Virus record (IMG/VR): IMGVR_UViG_3300044527_000952
Coordinates: 29,058 to 93,057 of that record
Source of the DNA: a virus
Length of the DNA stretch: 64,000 nucleotides
Direction: 5' to 3' (one strand)
This document shows positions 60,993 through 64,000 of the stretch, piece after piece. Both the position numbers and the translations under genes were made by a program. The notes beneath the pieces were generated by a model. That model did no database searches, was not told the origin of the DNA, and saw only the letters and a program-made list of their open reading frames with translations. Position 1 is the stretch's first letter, and the number at the start of each line of letters is the position of its first letter.

Positions 60993-61271
60993 ATGGAAAC
61001 TATAATTTTTAAGCGTGAAAGTGATAAGTTTGATGATATTATTAAAGATACTAATATCAAACCATTTTTGCTTACTGTCTTAACATGGAAAGAACATTGT
61101 TTTATTCAACTTAAACCTTTAAAAGGCGTTGAAAAAATTATTAGTTATATTGGTTTAAAGTATGGTGATAGTGTATTAAAGCAACCATTGACTAAGGATT
61201 ACACACCGATAGATGGAGTGGATTACCGTTCGGGGGTTCCTGAACATCTAAAAGGCCAACGGCGAAGGTAG
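60993..61271 (+). CDS. hypothetical protein
   Basis: internal SYIGLKYG. Confidence 0.5.
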   Translation: METIIFKRESDKFDDIIKDTNIKPFLLTVLTWKEHCFIQLKPLKGVEKIISYIGLKYGDSVLKQPLTKDYTPIDGVDYRSGVPEHLKGQRRR

Positions 61272-61392
61272 GACCGTACCAAGTCATTAAAAGACAAAAT
61301 ATAGAATAATCTATATAAATGTTAGCAATATCATCAATAGTTTTATGCATTAATTATTTATATAAATAAAAAATACTTTAAATTGACATTTT

Positions 61393-61932
61393 ATGAAAAA
61401 CTTTTACGCATATGTTAAAAACTTATTTACTGCAGATCAATGTCAAGAAATAGTTGAAATATATGAAAATAATAAAGAACATACTACTATAGATGCTCCT
61501 GCTCATTGGAAAAATTGTTCAACTATTATTTTACCTGATGAGTTATTAGGTGTGTATTCCAATATCATTAAGTATAATGTAACATCAATAAATCAAGATT
61601 TTTTTGGCTTTGACTTATTTCAACATCAATTTCTTGTTTATCATTTAAATACGTATACAGGAAACCAAAACTACAATCTTCATGTTGATGCTATGGCAGG
61701 ATCACCTAAAGATATGAAATTGACCGCTATTGTTAATTTATCATGTGAACCATATATAGGTGGTGAGTTTACATTTCCTCCGTTTGGTGAAGAAGGTAAT
61801 ATACCTGAATTCGACAGTCAGGTAGGATGTATGTTAGTATTCCCATCTTTTTTTGCGCATAAAGTAAATAATGTAACACAAGGTACTAGGCGTACACTTG
61901 TTACATGGTTTGAAGGACCAAATTGGAAATAA
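61393..61932 (+). CDS. 2OG-Fe(II) oxygenase (PKHD/P4H-like)
   Basis: HVD, KLT..V.LS, Y.GGEF, FPSF..HKV..VT.G.R..LV.W. Confidence 0.85.
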   Translation: MKNFYAYVKNLFTADQCQEIVEIYENNKEHTTIDAPAHWKNCSTIILPDELLGVYSNIIKYNVTSINQDFFGFDLFQHQFLVYHLNTYTGNQNYNLHVDAMAGSPKDMKLTAIVNLSCEPYIGGEFTFPPFGEEGNIPEFDSQVGCMLVFPSFFAHKVNNVTQGTRRTLVTWFEGPNWK

Positions 61933-61949
61933 TTTTTAAAGGAGAAAAT

Positions 61950-62636
61950 ATGTTTTCACAATCAATTACATACCCAACAGCTAGTGAAATTAATTCAGCA
62001 ATGGCAGGTGTGTATAAAAATATGTCACTTGCTGTATTAGTTAGTATGCTTGTTTCATATTATGTAGGTACTACCCCTGCATTGCTTCAGTTCTTTTTTA
62101 CAGGTTTTGTCAAGTGGATTGTTATTTTTGCACCATTAGTCGCAGTGTTTGCTGTGACCTATGGATTATCACAAGTACAATCTAAAGAAGTTGCACTATT
62201 GATGCTACTAGGTTTTGCTGCACTAATGGGTTTAAGTTTTGCTACAATCTTTGCAGTATACCAAATGGGTAGTATCTTTACTGCATTTATGGGTGCAGCA
62301 GTTTTATTTGGAACGATGAGTTTTTATGGTTACTTTACTAAAAAGAATCTTGATAGTATTGGTAAGTTTCTGTTTGTTGGGCTTATTGCTATTGTTATCG
62401 CCTCTATTATTAATATCTTTATTGGTAGCAGTGTTGCTGCTATGGTTATTAGTGCACTTGCTATTATTATTTTTCTTGGTTTAACTGCGTATGACACACA
62501 GAAAATTCGTGAAATGATTATGGAAGAAGGTGCAACTGCTAGAGTAGAATCATTAGGTGCGTTAACACTTTACCTTGATTTTATCAATATTTTCTTGAAC
62601 TTATTACAGTTGTTTGGTTTGAAGAAAGACGATTAA
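61950..62636 (+). CDS. Bax inhibitor-1/YccA family membrane protein
   Basis: about 7 TM; GLTAYDTQKI, GALTLYLDFINIF. Confidence 0.92.
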   Translation: MFSQSITYPTASEINSAMAGVYKNMSLAVLVSMLVSYYVGTTPALLQFFFTGFVKWIVIFAPLVAVFAVTYGLSQVQSKEVALLMLLGFAALMGLSFATIFAVYQMGSIFTAFMGAAVLFGTMSFYGYFTKKNLDSIGKFLFVGLIAIVIASIINIFIGSSVAAMVISALAIIIFLGLTAYDTQKIREMIMEEGATARVESLGALTLYLDFINIFLNLLQLFGLKKDD

Positions 62637-63261
62637 CAAAGTCTAATAGCAGCATATGGTGCCTACCATGGTGCCAATGCTGCTTTATATATTTGTACTT
62701 ATTGTACCAAAACTTCTCACTTTCAGGGTGGCACCCAATAATACCTATGTTGTTTTGTATAATTGCCATAGGATCATTATTAGAATATCGTGCGATTACT
62801 TTAAACTTACGTTCATTACCAATCAATGAACACCCATCATAAAAAAACATTTCTTCTTCATCATGTAACCATTGTACATTAGCAACTGTGGCATATGATC
62901 GTTTAATATCAGTATCAGGTCGCTTAATATATTGCACAGCCTCTACACTTTTAAGTATGTTAAAGTAATAATGTGATGCCCAATATGCACCCATACAAAT
63001 ACCCAAGTAGTAACCACCATTGGTTACAAAGTTTTGTATGGATTGTATAGTTTCTTGTGAGAAGAATTTGTAGAATTTGTCGCTGCTACCAATGCCGCCT
63101 GGGAAAGCTAGGATATCAGCTTTAGATAATACTTTGTTTATATTGTCTTGTTCAGACCAAATAGTTATTTTGTAGGATTGCTGCAAGGCATTGATCATAC
63201 CATTGCAGCACCATATTGAGCATTCAGGATCGTGTTGAAATAATGCTATACGTTTTTTCAC
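62584..63261 (-). CDS. BPL_N-like class I glutamine amidotransferase-fold protein
   Basis: FPGG, GGYYLGICMGAY, GCHPE. Confidence 0.8.
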   Translation of the reverse strand: MKKRIALFQHDPECSIWCCNGMINALQQSYKITIWSEQDNINKVLSKADILAFPGGIGSSDKFYKFFSQETIQSIQNFVTNGGYYLGICMGAYWASHYYFNILKSVEAVQYIKRPDTDIKRSYATVANVQWLHDEEEMFFYDGCSLIGNERKFKVIARYSNNDPMAIIQNNIGIIGCHPESEKFWYNKYKYIKQHWHHGRHHMLLLDFVNRLSSNQTTVISSRKY

Positions 63262-63446
63262 ATTGGATCAGCATCAGGAAAGTCATGACTTGAACCTGCT
63301 GATTGAACGTGCATATCAACAAAATCGTATTGTGAAAGTGTATAAATTAGGCTTTTAACAGTTTCAAGTGTTTCAAGTTGGTCTATTGATTCACTGTTTA
63401 ATTCAACCTTAATGTCTAAACCATTGATTGTCATTTCTAATTTCAT
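63258..63446 (-). CDS. hypothetical protein
   Basis: AAGGA RBS; overlap with the next gene. Confidence 0.5.
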   Translation of the reverse strand: MKLEMTINGLDIKVELNSESIDQLETLETVKSLIYTLSQYDFVDMHVQSAGSSHDFPDADPM

Positions 63447-63473
63447 GGTAAAATCCTTATAATATTCTAATAT

Positions 63474-63689
63474 TTATTCTAATTTACCACCACAGTGTGG
63501 GCATTTTTTAGTGTCTTTAATATGTTCTTGTAAAACTTTTTCCCATTCTTTTATTTCACGTATAATACCTTTTAATGTTCTACGACAACGTATAGGTTTA
63601 TCTTTTTCTAATTCACCCTTTAAACGTTTACGCAACATGTGAACTCTCTGTTCAAAAACCCCTAAAAATCCACCTGTTGCGTCACCCAT
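63474..63689 (-). CDS. small coiled-coil protein with CPHCG
   Basis: AGGAG RBS. Confidence 0.55.
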   Translation of the reverse strand: MGDATGGFLGVFEQRVHMLRKRLKGELEKDKPIRCRRTLKGIIREIKEWEKVLQEHIKDTKKCPHCGGKLE

Positions 63690-63697
63690 TATTTCTC

Positions 63698-64000
63698 CTA
63701 GTTTTTAATTTGACTCCATACTTTTGTACGTATGTCGTTTTGTAGTTTATCAGGTAAATGTACATAATCAAGTTCTTCACTTAGTTTCTTACCATTCTTA
63801 AATGACCAATCAAAAAATTTAATCACTTCTTGACTTGCTTTTTTGTCAGCAGGGTCTTTGTACATGATAATAAAGCTTGCTGTAGTGACAGGCCAAGTAT
63901 CCTTGCCACCCTGATTTACAATGCTTAGTCCCATACCTTGTACACTAAACCAATCTGCACCCGCTGCTGCAGCAGCAAATGTGGTATCATCAGGGTCAAC
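63698..64000 (-). CDS. pstS: phosphate ABC transporter substrate-binding protein, C-terminal part (truncated by window)
   Basis: FAAAAAGADW, WPVTTASFI, FFDWSFKNG, LDYVHLP. Confidence 0.85.
   Translation of the reverse strand, partial: VDPDDTTFAAAAAGADWFSVQGMGLSIVNQGGKDTWPVTTASFIIMYKDPADKKASQEVIKFFDWSFKNGKKLSEELDYVHLPDKLQNDIRTKVWSQIKN

Noticed and set aside
1-64000. Alternative genetic code (TAG/TGA recoding)
   Set aside because: Core genes are full length in code 11, and TAG and TGA both end genes at expected positions.
1-64000. Dcm methylation as the reason CCWGG survives
   Set aside because: The CCWGG sites checked are Pro-Gly codons, where a CCRG/CYGG site cannot be avoided, so no methylation hypothesis is needed.
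1-64000. tRNA, rRNA or tmRNA genes
   Set aside because: No cloverleaf with a T-loop GTTCRA in the few intergenic gaps by eye; tRNAscan-SE/Aragorn would be needed to exclude them fully.

Overview
This is a 64-kb, AT-rich, gene-dense segment of a large T4-like (Caudoviricetes) phage genome, read in standard code 11 with most genes on the + strand. The Bug/TTT solute-binding protein, bS21 and IscU point to a freshwater Betaproteobacterial host (inference). Layout: (i) 0-18 kb holds late/virion genes (spanin pair, gp17-like terminase, multi-domain head-associated proteins behind TAAATA late promoters), plus ThyX and sugar-nucleotide enzymes. (ii) 18-21 kb holds gp32/UvsX/UvsY. (iii) 21-29 kb and 48-54 kb hold small early genes, each behind a near-consensus sigma70 promoter. 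(iv) 29-47 kb holds DNA ligase and host-like genes (TTT receptor, nitroreductase, ClpX, bS21, IscU, GuaC, Hsp20, ClpS, ClpP). (v) 54-61 kb is a tandem array of about 24 small, divergent paralogous ORFs. They share a C-terminal F-x-x-E-x-D-x-x-(W/M)F-x-L-(R/K)-W-S motif, and many are joined by a recurrent TGAGGTGGTCATGA junction. That junction encodes LRWS*, is an extended Shine-Dalgarno sequence and overlaps the next start codon. This array is the best candidate for an undescribed system. Other signals: near-absolute avoidance of CCAG/CTGG/CCGG except where Pro-Gly forces it, a second cassette family (MNERIRELAEQA), and a ROSE-like RNA thermometer before hsp20. No tRNA, rRNA, CRISPR array, integrase or reverse transcriptase was seen. 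All family calls come from motif recognition by eye, not database searches.
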